A stretch of 64,000 nucleotides of DNA from Candidatus Micrarchaeota archaeon (GCA_014727975.1 WJMK01000014.1:2558-66557); one strand, 5' to 3'; counted from the stretch's first letter, positions 7,927 through 16,838 are shown. Numbers and translations are program-made. The notes: generated by a model not told the origin, from the sequence alone.

Positions 7927-8892
7927 ATGGGAGAGAGATATTCTGTTGATGTAAAGAAGGTCAGGAAAATCCAGGAATCCATTAATTCCGCGATTTTTGC
8001 AGGGAACAAGAATGCGCTTGTCGGGCATTATGCAGGCACTATCCCCTTCAAGGGGGAAAAGCTTGCAATGCACACCGATGGTGTGGGGACCAAGGTGCTT
8101 GTTGCGGATGAGCTGGAAAAGTACGACACTGTAGGGATTGATGCAATAGCGATGAACGTGAATGACATCATCTGCATCGGGGCAAAGCCGCTTGCAGGGG
8201 TCGATTACCTTGCAGTTGCAAAAGAAGACGAGTACCTCATTGGGCAGGTTATGAAGGGATTGGTTAAGGGTGCAAAAGAATCAGATATTTCTATTGTTGG
8301 GGGGGAAACCGCAATCATGGGAAATGTAATCCACGGAAAGAAAAGGCCTTTTGATTTGGCTTTTACTGCTTTGGGCGTTGTGGAAAAATACATTACCGGC
8401 TCCGCGATACGGAACGGGGATGTGCTTGTTAGTTTGGGGAGTTCTGGCTTGCACTCAAACGGGTATACGCTTGCGCGCAAGGTGCTGCCCATGAAAAAAT
8501 GGGGGAAGAAGATGCTTGCACCCACAAAGATTTACGTGAAGCCGGTGCTGGAAATGATAAGGAAGTCCAAAGTGCACGGGCTCGCGCACATTACTGGTGG
8601 CGCGTTTTCCAAACTAACTAGGCTGAACAAGAAGCTCGGGTTCTTCATTGACAATCCTGTGAGGCCCGCGCCCATTTTCAATGCGCTCTGGGACCATGTG
8701 GAAGATGAAAAGCACATGTACCGGACCTTCAACATGGGCACCGGGATGGTTGTTGCTGTCCCTGCAAAAGAGGAAAGCAGCATACTGCGGATTGCGAAAA
8801 AGCACAAGGTAAAGGCGCAGGTTATCGGAAGCGTGATTAAGGAAAAGGGAGTTTACCTTGGGGACGGGACGCGGCTGGACTACCAGTTGTGA
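7927..8892 (+). CDS. purM: Phosphoribosylformylglycinamidine cyclo-ligase (AIR synthetase)
   Basis: HTDGVGTKVLVA, DAIAMNVNDI, GGETA and SSGLHSNGYTLARK motifs over a full-length 321 aa. Confidence 0.9.
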   Translation: MGERYSVDVKKVRKIQESINSAIFAGNKNALVGHYAGTIPFKGEKLAMHTDGVGTKVLVADELEKYDTVGIDAIAMNVNDIICIGAKPLAGVDYLAVAKEDEYLIGQVMKGLVKGAKESDISIVGGETAIMGNVIHGKKRPFDLAFTALGVVEKYITGSAIRNGDVLVSLGSSGLHSNGYTLARKVLPMKKWGKKMLAPTKIYVKPVLEMIRKSKVHGLAHITGGAFSKLTRLNKKLGFFIDNPVRPAPIFNALWDHVEDEKHMYRTFNMGTGMVVAVPAKEESSILRIAKKHKVKAQVIGSVIKEKGVYLGDGTRLDYQL

Positions 8893-8948
8893 GGCAGTTA
8901 GTGTAAGAATAAGGGTTTTAAACCCCTTCAGGGAATAATATACAGCAT

Positions 8949-11474
8949 ATGGCCAGGGAAACCAAATCCTGTGAAAAAACCAAGCCCAAAAGAAAACAGA
9001 AACGGCACAGGATACGGAATTTTTTCAGGGTGCACAAGACCAGATTGAAGCAGCTGGGCACGGTCGCTGCACTTTCTGCACTTGTAGGAATCGGAAGCAT
9101 CTCTCCCCCAAAAATGCCCATGGAAACCAGCAGGGGCGCAAGGGAGAAAGCAGCGGAGATTTCCAAAACCCCGCTGGGAGAAGAGATGAACAAAGAGCAG
9201 AAAGAATATTTGTGCGAGATACTGACAAGGGCAGAAAGGCGATGGGTTTTGCGTGAGGTCAGTGCAGCCATAGGCCACCAAAAATTTGAGCCGTTCATGC
9301 TTGAGTATTTAGGAATAATTCTGTCTGAACAAAAAGTGGGCCTGCAGAAGAAAAGGGAGAATATCAAGTGGTTTTTGAAAATCCTGGACTATCCTGGGCT
9401 TGAAGCTCAGATGGTTAGGAATGCTATCAAAGACTACGAATCCCGGGCAGGCGATATCGGGTTTTACCTGCATGAGCATATCAACTACTCCATTCTGGGT
9501 GCACACATGGTTCGCAGTGTGAGGGAAGAGATGGGGAATGATTACAAAATAGTGTTGGAAGGAATGAAAAAATCTGCAGAAAATCCGAATTCCACAAAAA
9601 GAGCCGGACTTGGGCCTGTGCAGGTGTCCCGCAATCTGGAAGCGGTGCGCAGCAGGTTCCCTGGAAATGCAGAAGAAATTTATTCATGCCTTGAGGCATA
9701 TTATTCCAACCCGAATTTCTCCAAATTGGGGGTCCCTGATGATTGGGAGACCCTTGTGATTGCAGGGCAGATATCAAAATTCATGCAAAATCTTGAGATG
9801 GATGGGGAGAAAAAGGGCATTATGACAAAGGCTCTTCTGAAAAATCCAAATTTCTCTGTTTTTGACCTGGATAAACCCCTTGCCACTGATTTTGAAAAAT
9901 TGATTGGGCATTTCGGGGAAGGGATATTTGAAGGGCAGATTGGGAAAAAAATGGATAAGTTATTGCAAAGCCCGCTTATTTACCGCTCTATGCTGGACCC
10001 AAAGAATGAATTTTGGGTGGGGAAAATGGGGGGGTGGAGCAGAAGGATAGACCCAAGGTCAATGATTGAAGCAATCCACGCATTTTCCAGCGGAGAATAC
10101 GCCAAGGAGGTATCCGAAAAAGGAGAGACGCATGCAAGAAAAGTCTGGAAAACTTTTCGGTTTCTGGCAAAAAGGATGGGCAGAACAGATATTTATGAGA
10201 TTGGGCTTGTAGGCGCAATAGACCCCATAACTTCGAGAGAACTTTTTGGAGAATTCTGCCAGGGCAGGGGCCCGGGCTGCTTGAAGGCTGCGGATTTGTT
10301 GGTATATGTCAGGGAACAAACGGGAGTTCTTTCTGAAAACGGGCAGGCACTGGGTTTCATTGAAGAGGTTCTGGAAAAAAGGCAAGAGGAATATGCCCCA
10401 TACTCTGCGCTGAGTGCCTTGCTGCACGGGGACTTTGACAGATTTGAATATCCAGGAGGGCTCGATGCACTCTACAATGAAGGAAAAAAACTCGCAGTTG
10501 AAGTTGGGGCCAATGGGGGAATTCCCACTTACCTGAATTTTGCTTATGCAATAGCAGAAGTGGGACCGGAAATGGCCAAAAGATTGCACCAGGAATTTGG
10601 ACTAGTGTATTTCACCAGGTATTCCTACAGGAGGTACAAACGCCTGGGCGAATATGGGCCTTCATTGCTGAAGCTGTTTGCACAGAATATCGGAAACACT
10701 AATGATGTGCGCCCAATATTCCTGATGGCAACGGGTAAAGCAGACTGGAATGGGGCATTTGAAAAGATAAAGCATAGCAATGAGAACTTTGAGGAATGCT
10801 TCCGCATCATGCTGGTTGAATCAGGCAGGGATTCCGAGCTTATTGAAAAAATCTCCCATGTTGGTTCAAAATACGGAAAAATAAAGTTGATGTTTCTTTC
10901 AGGGCATGGGAATGCGAGGGGGGTAAGGCTTGGGGAAGGCTTCGGGATGCGCAACAATCTTGACATAAGGGACAAAAATAGGATGGGGGAACTGCAGCGC
11001 TATTTTGCAGCAAGGCCCCAGATAATGCTCAATAGCTGTTCAACCGGAGGATGGAATAAAGGAGGAATCGGGCATGCAATTGCAAATGCAGTAAAGGGAG
11101 CAGAAGTGTTTGCCCCAAAACAAATTTTTGACGACTACGTGCTAGAGTTCGACCTTGCCTCAAAAAGAATAATCAGGGTAGATTATATCCGTAGGGACAG
11201 GAAAGTCGCTACCAACATATTCAGGGAAAGGCCCCCTGTCCCAGAGCATGCAAAGGAGCTGCCAAAAAAGTGGATAAGAAGGTCATTTGATGAATTCGTA
11301 AGGGAGAGGGGCAGGCCCAATTCAGAAATTGAAAGGGTTTTCGGAGGAGTTTTGCTGGGAACAGTGCAAAGAAAAGAAGATTTGGAAGCGCAGAGGCAGG
11401 CAGCAGAATATATGTACTTGGAAGAACAGAAGAAAAGGGCGTTTGTCGTAATAGCTGCAACAAGCTTCATGTAA
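8949..11474 (+). CDS. Large orphan protein (841 aa) with a basic N-terminus, one hydrophobic anchor and a C-terminal caspase/CHAT/DUF4347-like His-Cys module
   Basis: N-terminus KPKRKQKRHRIRNFF followed by TVAALSALVGIGSI. The central region is helical with a duplicated NPNFS motif. The C-terminus reads KIKLMFLSGHGNARGVRLGEG ... PQIMLNSCSTGG ... GAEVFAP, a beta-strand-His-Gly then beta-strand-Cys pattern as in clan CD peptidases and DUF4347. Confidence 0.6.
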   Translation: MARETKSCEKTKPKRKQKRHRIRNFFRVHKTRLKQLGTVAALSALVGIGSISPPKMPMETSRGAREKAAEISKTPLGEEMNKEQKEYLCEILTRAERRWVLREVSAAIGHQKFEPFMLEYLGIILSEQKVGLQKKRENIKWFLKILDYPGLEAQMVRNAIKDYESRAGDIGFYLHEHINYSILGAHMVRSVREEMGNDYKIVLEGMKKSAENPNSTKRAGLGPVQVSRNLEAVRSRFPGNAEEIYSCLEAYYSNPNFSKLGVPDDWETLVIAGQISKFMQNLEMDGEKKGIMTKALLKNPNFSVFDLDKPLATDFEKLIGHFGEGIFEGQIGKKMDKLLQSPLIYRSMLDPKNEFWVGKMGGWSRRIDPRSMIEAIHAFSSGEYAKEVSEKGETHARKVWKTFRFLAKRMGRTDIYEIGLVGAIDPITSRELFGEFCQGRGPGCLKAADLLVYVREQTGVLSENGQALGFIEEVLEKRQEEYAPYSALSALLHGDFDRFEYPGGLDALYNEGKKLAVEVGANGGIPTYLNFAYAIAEVGPEMAKRLHQEFGLVYFTRYSYRRYKRLGEYGPSLLKLFAQNIGNTNDVRPIFLMATGKADWNGAFEKIKHSNENFEECFRIMLVESGRDSELIEKISHVGSKYGKIKLMFLSGHGNARGVRLGEGFGMRNNLDIRDKNRMGELQRYFAARPQIMLNSCSTGGWNKGGIGHAIANAVKGAEVFAPKQIFDDYVLEFDLASKRIIRVDYIRRDRKVATNIFRERPPVPEHAKELPKKWIRRSFDEFVRERGRPNSEIERVFGGVLLGTVQRKEDLEAQRQAAEYMYLEEQKKRAFVVIAATSFM

Positions 11475-11491
11475 ATGCCCGGGTCCTGAAG

Positions 11492-11501
11492 CATTTAAAA
11501 A
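11492..11501 (+). promoter_or_regulatory. TATA-like box (CATTTAAAAA) about 26 nt upstream of the ATG at 11523
   Basis: An A/T box at a fixed 25-27 nt distance from the start codon with no SD. The same geometry recurs at several other genes in the window, suggesting leaderless mRNA. Confidence 0.35.
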
Positions 11502-11522
11502 CTCTCACGGGGCAAAAAAACT

Positions 11523-12806
11523 ATGGGCAAGCCCAATATTTTCCCTGCAGTTATTGTTGCGGCAGTGCTTCTTGCACTGGGAATCAGCTATTTTGGCGCG
11601 GATTCGTGCAGCAGGTGCGATGACGGAAACCCCTGCACCGCAGACCTCTGCAGCATAGACACCCAATACAGGTGCATGCATACGGCGCTGGACGGGGAAT
11701 ACGGGGGCTGTAGTGGGGAAACGGATGAATGCCATGCAAAAACCTGCAGCAGCGGGGCATGCGTGGAGGAGCAGGTGAGTGCCTGCAGCTATTCGCTGGA
11801 ATGCAATGCGCCGGCCCTGCTGAACCCTCCTTATGAACACTACAAGACCGCGCTTGGGGAGCCCACCTTGCAGTGCACGGTTTCGAACCTGGATGGTGTT
11901 GCAGGAAAGGTTGAGCTGAGCGCGGCGGTTGAGGGGTATTCCGGGGTTTTCGAAAAAACTATTGAGCTGGGGCCAAACGAAACAAAGGAAATAGGTGTTG
12001 CGCTCAATTTCAATGAGAAATTCTATTCGCTGGAGGAAAGCACATTCTCAACCCTAAAAACAAGGCTCTCCCGCTCCAATTATACGCTGCAGAGCAACTC
12101 GGAAACCATACAGATGGAAAAGGCAACAATCTATGCGCCTCCTCGCGGGGAAGAGGAACTGCTTGCGGTATGGGTAACCTACAACGACCCCTGCATAGAA
12201 GAGATTATTTCAGAGGCAAAAAAGCTCACCCCGGATGGGGAATTCCGCGCCTACCAGAGGGAGGAAGATGACAGGATGGAAGAAATGGAAGCTGTGTTCT
12301 ATGCGCTGCGCTACCAGAACATCACCTATGTTTCAAGCAGCTTTTCCACAACCGACATAGGAACTACATTCTACAACCAGAACGTAAGGCTTCCTTACCA
12401 GTCCCTCAAATACAAGCAGATGAACTGCGTAGACGGGGCAGTGCTCTATTCCGCAATACTGGAAAAGCTGGAATACGAAACCGCGGTTGCGTTCTCCCCT
12501 GGGCATGCATTCGTGCTTGTGAAAAGCAGGGATAGTGGCTGGGGACTGGGTTTTTTCGGAAGCATGTTTTCCGGGTGGGATAGCGAATGGATTGCCATTG
12601 AAACAACCGACACCGGGGACCCTGAAGCAACATTTGAGGACGCTGTGCGGGCAGGCCAGAGGAACCTGGACCAGGCAACACAGATTGTGGATGTGCATTC
12701 TGCAATAGAAGAGGGGATTGTGCCCCTGCCAGTGGGAGGGCACCAGTGCGGGATAGCTGACCTGAGCCAGAAAGCGGAAGAGCACCAGGCCCTGATGGGC
12801 AACTGA
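11523..12806 (+). CDS. Secreted or membrane-anchored Cys-rich protein with a C-terminal transglutaminase-like (Cys-His-acid) fold
   Basis: N-terminal anchor PAVIVAAVLLALGISYF. A Cys-rich module follows (CSRCDDGNPCTADLCS...CHAKTCSSGAC). The C-terminus QMNCVDGAVLYSAILEKLEYETAVAFSPGHAFVLVK ... EWIAIETTD matches the spacing of the transglutaminase-core catalytic triad. Confidence 0.6.
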   Translation: MGKPNIFPAVIVAAVLLALGISYFGADSCSRCDDGNPCTADLCSIDTQYRCMHTALDGEYGGCSGETDECHAKTCSSGACVEEQVSACSYSLECNAPALLNPPYEHYKTALGEPTLQCTVSNLDGVAGKVELSAAVEGYSGVFEKTIELGPNETKEIGVALNFNEKFYSLEESTFSTLKTRLSRSNYTLQSNSETIQMEKATIYAPPRGEEELLAVWVTYNDPCIEEIISEAKKLTPDGEFRAYQREEDDRMEEMEAVFYALRYQNITYVSSSFSTTDIGTTFYNQNVRLPYQSLKYKQMNCVDGAVLYSAILEKLEYETAVAFSPGHAFVLVKSRDSGWGLGFFGSMFSGWDSEWIAIETTDTGDPEATFEDAVRAGQRNLDQATQIVDVHSAIEEGIVPLPVGGHQCGIADLSQKAEEHQALMGN

Positions 12807-12819
12807 GCTTATCAAAAAC

Positions 12820-12827
12820 TATTTATA
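12820..12827 (+). promoter_or_regulatory. TATA-like box (TATTTATA) about 25 nt upstream of the ATG at 12849
   Basis: Same geometry as the other leaderless-type starts. It supports the ATG at 12849 rather than the GTG at 12843. Confidence 0.35.
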
Positions 12828-12848
12828 CCTCATTATTGATTTGTGTGC

Positions 12849-13772
12849 ATGAGCCGCCGTGTGGACCAGACTGTAAAGGACATAAAGTCGCTTAAGGTGC
12901 AGGGTGCGCGCAATGTTGCAAAGGCAGGGGTGCGCGCAATAATGTATGCGGTTGAGGACTCCAGGGCAAAAACCGTGAACGGTGTAAAGGCAGACGTTGT
13001 GAAAGCATCTCTGAAGCTTTCCGGGGCAAGGCCTACCGAGCCCATGCTGAGGAACTACCTGGATGAAACAATAGAATTTATGGCTTCCGAGATTGCAGCA
13101 GTGAAAACACGGAGCGTGGAAAAATTCAAGGAAGCCGTAATCAAGAGCGAAAATGAATACCTGAAAAGGATGCGGGATGACCTTGCACGGCTGAAGGAAT
13201 ACGGGGCAGCAATGCTGACAGACGGGATGCTGGTTGTTACGCACTGCCACTCAAGCACAGTTACGGGAGTGATAAAAGAAGCGCATAAGCAGGGGAGGGA
13301 GCTGAAAGTTGTTGCATGCGAGACCCGCCCGAGATACCAGGGCAGGAGTACTGCCAAGGAGCTTGCGCGCGCAGGGCTGGATGTGACCATTACTGTGGAC
13401 ATGGGAATTGCAAAATTCATGAAAAAGGCGGATATTGTGCTGGTGGGGGCAGACGCAATCAATTCGACCGGAGACCTGATCAACAAGGTAGGGACACGGG
13501 CGCTTGCCCACCTTGCAAAGGACTATTCTGTTTCATTTTTCTCATGTGCTGAAAGCTACAAGTATGACTCCCTTACCTTATATGGGGTTAAAGAAAAAAT
13601 CGAGGAGCGCAGCCCGAAAGAGGTTTGGGAGAGGGCACCCCGGAAAGTAAAGGTCTCCAACCCTGCATTTGATGTTACTGCATCGAGGTACATAAGCGGG
13701 TACATTACAGAAAAGGGGGTAGTGCCGCCCTCTGCACTTTCAGGAATTGCAAAAAAGAAGATGGGTGAATAA
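12849..13772 (+). CDS. eIF-2B alpha/beta/delta family protein, probably ribose-1,5-bisphosphate isomerase
   Basis: Family pattern throughout (VQGARNVAKAG, VVTHCHSSTV, ETRPRYQGR, ADIVLVGADAINSTGDLINKVGT). The subfamily assignment is inferred from the 1-nt gap to the AMP phosphorylase-like gene downstream. Confidence 0.7.
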   Translation: MSRRVDQTVKDIKSLKVQGARNVAKAGVRAIMYAVEDSRAKTVNGVKADVVKASLKLSGARPTEPMLRNYLDETIEFMASEIAAVKTRSVEKFKEAVIKSENEYLKRMRDDLARLKEYGAAMLTDGMLVVTHCHSSTVTGVIKEAHKQGRELKVVACETRPRYQGRSTAKELARAGLDVTITVDMGIAKFMKKADIVLVGADAINSTGDLINKVGTRALAHLAKDYSVSFFSCAESYKYDSLTLYGVKEKIEERSPKEVWERAPRKVKVSNPAFDVTASRYISGYITEKGVVPPSALSGIAKKKMGE

Positions 13773-13773
13773 G

Positions 13774-15393
13774 ATGAAGCCGGTTAGCGTTAATGAAAAA
13801 ACAAAAAACAATGCACAGGGAAGGGTGCTCAGCCAGGAGGAGAAAGAAAAACGGGAGAAGAAAAAGGAGCTCTGGGAGAAAAAGAAATATATCTGCCAGG
13901 TAAAGCTAATTGACATCTGCACCGAAAAAAATATAGTCGTGCTCAATATGGAGGATGCAGAAGACAACGATATCTACAATGGGTACAGGGTAACCCTCCA
14001 TCACGATTCCAAGGAGATTGTTTCCTTGGTGGACCTGAGCAGCGAGATGGTGAAAAGGGGGGAAATCGGGCTTTTCAGGAATGTTGCGGAGAAGCTGAAA
14101 CTAAAGGACGGGGACCTTCTGCATATAAAGCACATGGAAAGGCCTGCAAGCCTGGATTTCATAAGAATGAAGCTGGATGGGGAAAGCCTTACAAGCAAGC
14201 AGATATCCAGCATCATAAACGAGCTTATGAACAACAGGCTTTCAGAAGCTGAGCTTTCATCGTTTATTTCTGCAGTCTACATAAGGGGAATGGGGGAAGA
14301 TGAGACGGTTGCGCTCACAAACGCAATTGTGGATTCCGGGGACAATCTGGACCTGGGGGTTGGCCCTGTTGCGGACAAGCATTGCATCGGGGGGGTCGCA
14401 GGGAACCGCACCACCATGGTTATCACTCCCATAATCGCTGCTTCCGGAATCTACATGCCAAAAACATCATCCCGGGCGATTACATCTGCTGCAGGAACTG
14501 CGGACACTATGGAAGTGCTTGCAGATGTGGATTTCAACATCCATGAGCTCAAGGAGATCGTTACAAAATGCAAGGGGGCCATGGTGTGGGGTGGAGGGAC
14601 AAACATTGCAGCTGCGGACGACAAGCTCATCAAGCTCAGGAACCCGATGAGCCTGGACCCAAGGGGGATGCTGCTTGCATCAATACTTGCAAAAAAGAGT
14701 GCAGTGGGTGCCAAATATGTTGCAATAGACATCCCGATTGGGAGGGGCGCAAAAATACTGGATATGCCAAAGGCTGAAGCACTGGGTGCAGACTTCATCA
14801 AGATTGGGAAAAGGCTCGGGATGACTATGGAGAGCCTTATAACAGACGGGGCAGAGCCTGTGGGAAATGGCATTGGATGCGCACTTGAATGCAAGGATGT
14901 TATGGAAGTGCTGCAGGGGAAGGGACCACACGACCTAAGGAACAAAAGCACGCTTATTGCAGGAAGGATACTCGAGCTAGTGGGCAAGGTCCCTGAAGGG
15001 CAGGGGAGGGACATGGCAGAGCTGATGCTTACAAACGGTAAAGCATGGAACAAAATGAAGGAGATTATTGAGCTGCAGGGAGGAAACCCGAACATAAAGG
15101 AAGGCGACCTGCCTATTGGGCAGCACAAGCATACGATAACTGCAGAAAGGGCAGGAAAAATCAGCCATATAGACAACAAAGGGATCAACAAAATTGCAAG
15201 GTCTGCAGGCGCCCCCAGGGACAAGGGCGCAGGAGTTTACCTGCACCGGCTAAAGGGAGACCGTGTAAAGGAAGGAGATGTGCTTTTTGATATTTATGCG
15301 GAAAGCGAATCAAAGCTGGATTTTGCGATAAAGGCGGTTGAGGTCTGGAAGCCTGTTGAGCTGGAGAAATTCCTCCTTGGCACGATGAGGTAA
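13774..15393 (+). CDS. AMP phosphorylase-like protein (thymidine phosphorylase family with an N-terminal extension domain)
   Basis: DKHCIGGVAGNRTT, SSRAITSAAGTADTME and a pyrimidine-nucleoside phosphorylase C-terminal domain, plus the roughly 80-aa N-terminal domain typical of archaeal AMPpase. Start set to the ATG at 13774 (MKPVSV), directly after the upstream stop. Confidence 0.8.
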   Translation: MKPVSVNEKTKNNAQGRVLSQEEKEKREKKKELWEKKKYICQVKLIDICTEKNIVVLNMEDAEDNDIYNGYRVTLHHDSKEIVSLVDLSSEMVKRGEIGLFRNVAEKLKLKDGDLLHIKHMERPASLDFIRMKLDGESLTSKQISSIINELMNNRLSEAELSSFISAVYIRGMGEDETVALTNAIVDSGDNLDLGVGPVADKHCIGGVAGNRTTMVITPIIAASGIYMPKTSSRAITSAAGTADTMEVLADVDFNIHELKEIVTKCKGAMVWGGGTNIAAADDKLIKLRNPMSLDPRGMLLASILAKKSAVGAKYVAIDIPIGRGAKILDMPKAEALGADFIKIGKRLGMTMESLITDGAEPVGNGIGCALECKDVMEVLQGKGPHDLRNKSTLIAGRILELVGKVPEGQGRDMAELMLTNGKAWNKMKEIIELQGGNPNIKEGDLPIGQHKHTITAERAGKISHIDNKGINKIARSAGAPRDKGAGVYLHRLKGDRVKEGDVLFDIYAESESKLDFAIKAVEVWKPVELEKFLLGTMR

Positions 15394-15435
15394 CCCTTTT
15401 AAATTGTTTTTTGCTTTTATTCTCTCCACAATTAA

Positions 15436-15531
15436 CCCTCCATAGCTCAGTGGTAGAGCGGTCGGCTGTAGCTTGTTGTCTGCTTAATAGCAGAAACCGA
15501 CAGGTCGTGTGTTCAAATCACACTGGAGGGA
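15436..15531 (+). tRNA. tRNA-Tyr (GTA) with a 24-nt intron (15472-15495) at the canonical 37/38 position
   Basis: Manual fold. Acceptor CCCTCCA/TGGAGGG (C1:G72, the archaeal/eukaryal Tyr identity pair), D-arm GCTC/GAGC, anticodon stem GTCGG/CCGAC, mature loop CTGTAGA, T-arm GTGTG-TTCAAAT-CACAC, discriminator A. No encoded CCA. Confidence 0.9.
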
Positions 15532-15568
15532 ATTAATTCTCAGGTGGCTGCCGAAACAAAAAAATTAG

Positions 15569-15578
15569 CTTTTTAAAT
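15569..15578 (+). promoter_or_regulatory. TATA-like box (CTTTTTAAAT) about 26 nt upstream of the ATG at 15600
   Basis: Geometry shared with other starts in the window. Confidence 0.35.
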
Positions 15579-15599
15579 CATAGACCCCATAAAAAGGGC

Positions 15600-16700
15600 A
15601 TGAAGAAAATCCTTTTATTGTTATTGCTGCTAAGCAGCGCCTTTGCAATAGAAGTAATAGAATATTACGGGGTGGGGTGCCCGCACTGCACAAGGACAGC
15701 GGAGTTGCTGGAGGGAATACAGGATGAATACAACCTTACTTTTGTAAAGAAAGAAGTTTACCAGAATGCAGACAACCGGGCAGAGATGTTTGAAGTTTAT
15801 GAAGATTTCGGGGAAGACCCTGCAAACGGGGGTGTCCCCACCATGCTGGTTGAAGGAAAGGCAATGATAATAGGGGAGCTTACAGAAGAGCAGTGGAGGA
15901 ACCTTTTGGAGGACTGCATGGAGGATGAATGCCCGGAAGGCGTTTTCACAATGAAAACAATTGACTCTGCACATGTGCCTTCTGTAAGCGAGATAAGGGA
16001 AGAGGACGAATACCAGGCACTTACTTTATGGGGACTGGTTGCTGCGGCAATAGTGGATTCAGTAAACCCCTGCACAATCGCAGTAATGGTTATGCTGATG
16101 GGCATAGTCCTGATGTCAGACGGAAGGAAGAAGATGCTTCTTTCCGGGATTGTGTTTACAATAGTTATATTTTGCGCATATGTGCTGATGGGGCTGGGAA
16201 TACTGCACGTGATAGACAATCCTGAGGTAACCAACCTATTTTATGGGGCCGCCACCCTTGGGCTGTTTATCCTTGCGGCAATGGAGCTGAACGGGTACTT
16301 CAATTATAAGCCCGGTTTCTTTGCAGTGGAGATGCCCATGTGGCTGAGGCCGCATGCAAAAAGGGTAATCGAGGGTGCAACATCCCTTCCAGGGGTTGCG
16401 CTTGCTGCGCTTTTCTGTTCCCTGTTCCTGCTTCCTTGCTCTTCAGGCCCCTACCTGGCAGTGCTTGCAATAATCTCCAAGGCAGTTACGCTGCAGGCGA
16501 TGACTTACCTCCTGCTGTATAACCTGATATTTGTTCTCCCCATGCTGATAATTGTTACAGCAATATATTTCGGTTATACCACAATAGAGAAAATAGGCGA
16601 GGCAAAAGAGAAATACATAAGGCAGATACACCTGGTTTCCGGGATTGTGCTGTTCCTGCTGTTCATTTACATGGCCTCAACATTCATGGGGGTATTCTGA
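15600..16700 (+). CDS. Fusion of a secreted thioredoxin-fold domain (CPHC active site) with a CcdA/DsbD-type transmembrane electron-transfer domain
   Basis: Signal peptide MKKILLLLLLLSSAFA. A thioredoxin/glutaredoxin-like domain carries YYGVGCPHC. The polytopic domain has the CcdA hallmarks SVNPCTIAVM and LLPCSSGPYL. Confidence 0.75.
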   Translation: MKKILLLLLLLSSAFAIEVIEYYGVGCPHCTRTAELLEGIQDEYNLTFVKKEVYQNADNRAEMFEVYEDFGEDPANGGVPTMLVEGKAMIIGELTEEQWRNLLEDCMEDECPEGVFTMKTIDSAHVPSVSEIREEDEYQALTLWGLVAAAIVDSVNPCTIAVMVMLMGIVLMSDGRKKMLLSGIVFTIVIFCAYVLMGLGILHVIDNPEVTNLFYGAATLGLFILAAMELNGYFNYKPGFFAVEMPMWLRPHAKRVIEGATSLPGVALAALFCSLFLLPCSSGPYLAVLAIISKAVTLQAMTYLLLYNLIFVLPMLIIVTAIYFGYTTIEKIGEAKEKYIRQIHLVSGIVLFLLFIYMASTFMGVF

Positions 16701-16751
16701 ACGGCGGCACCTTTATTAAGATTACTTAAAATAAATAGAATTCACCCCTTT

Positions 16752-16823
16752 GCCCTGGTAGTGTAGTGGTTATCATCCCGGCCTGTCGAGCCGGAGACCC
16801 GGGTTCAATTCCCGGCCAGGGCG
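16752..16823 (+). tRNA. tRNA-Asp (GTC)
   Basis: Acceptor GCCCTGG/CCAGGGC, anticodon arm CCGGC-CTGTCGA-GCCGG, T-arm CCGGG-TTCAATT-CCCGG, discriminator G. 72 nt, no intron. Confidence 0.9.
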
Positions 16824-16838
16824 CACTTTTTCTCCAAA

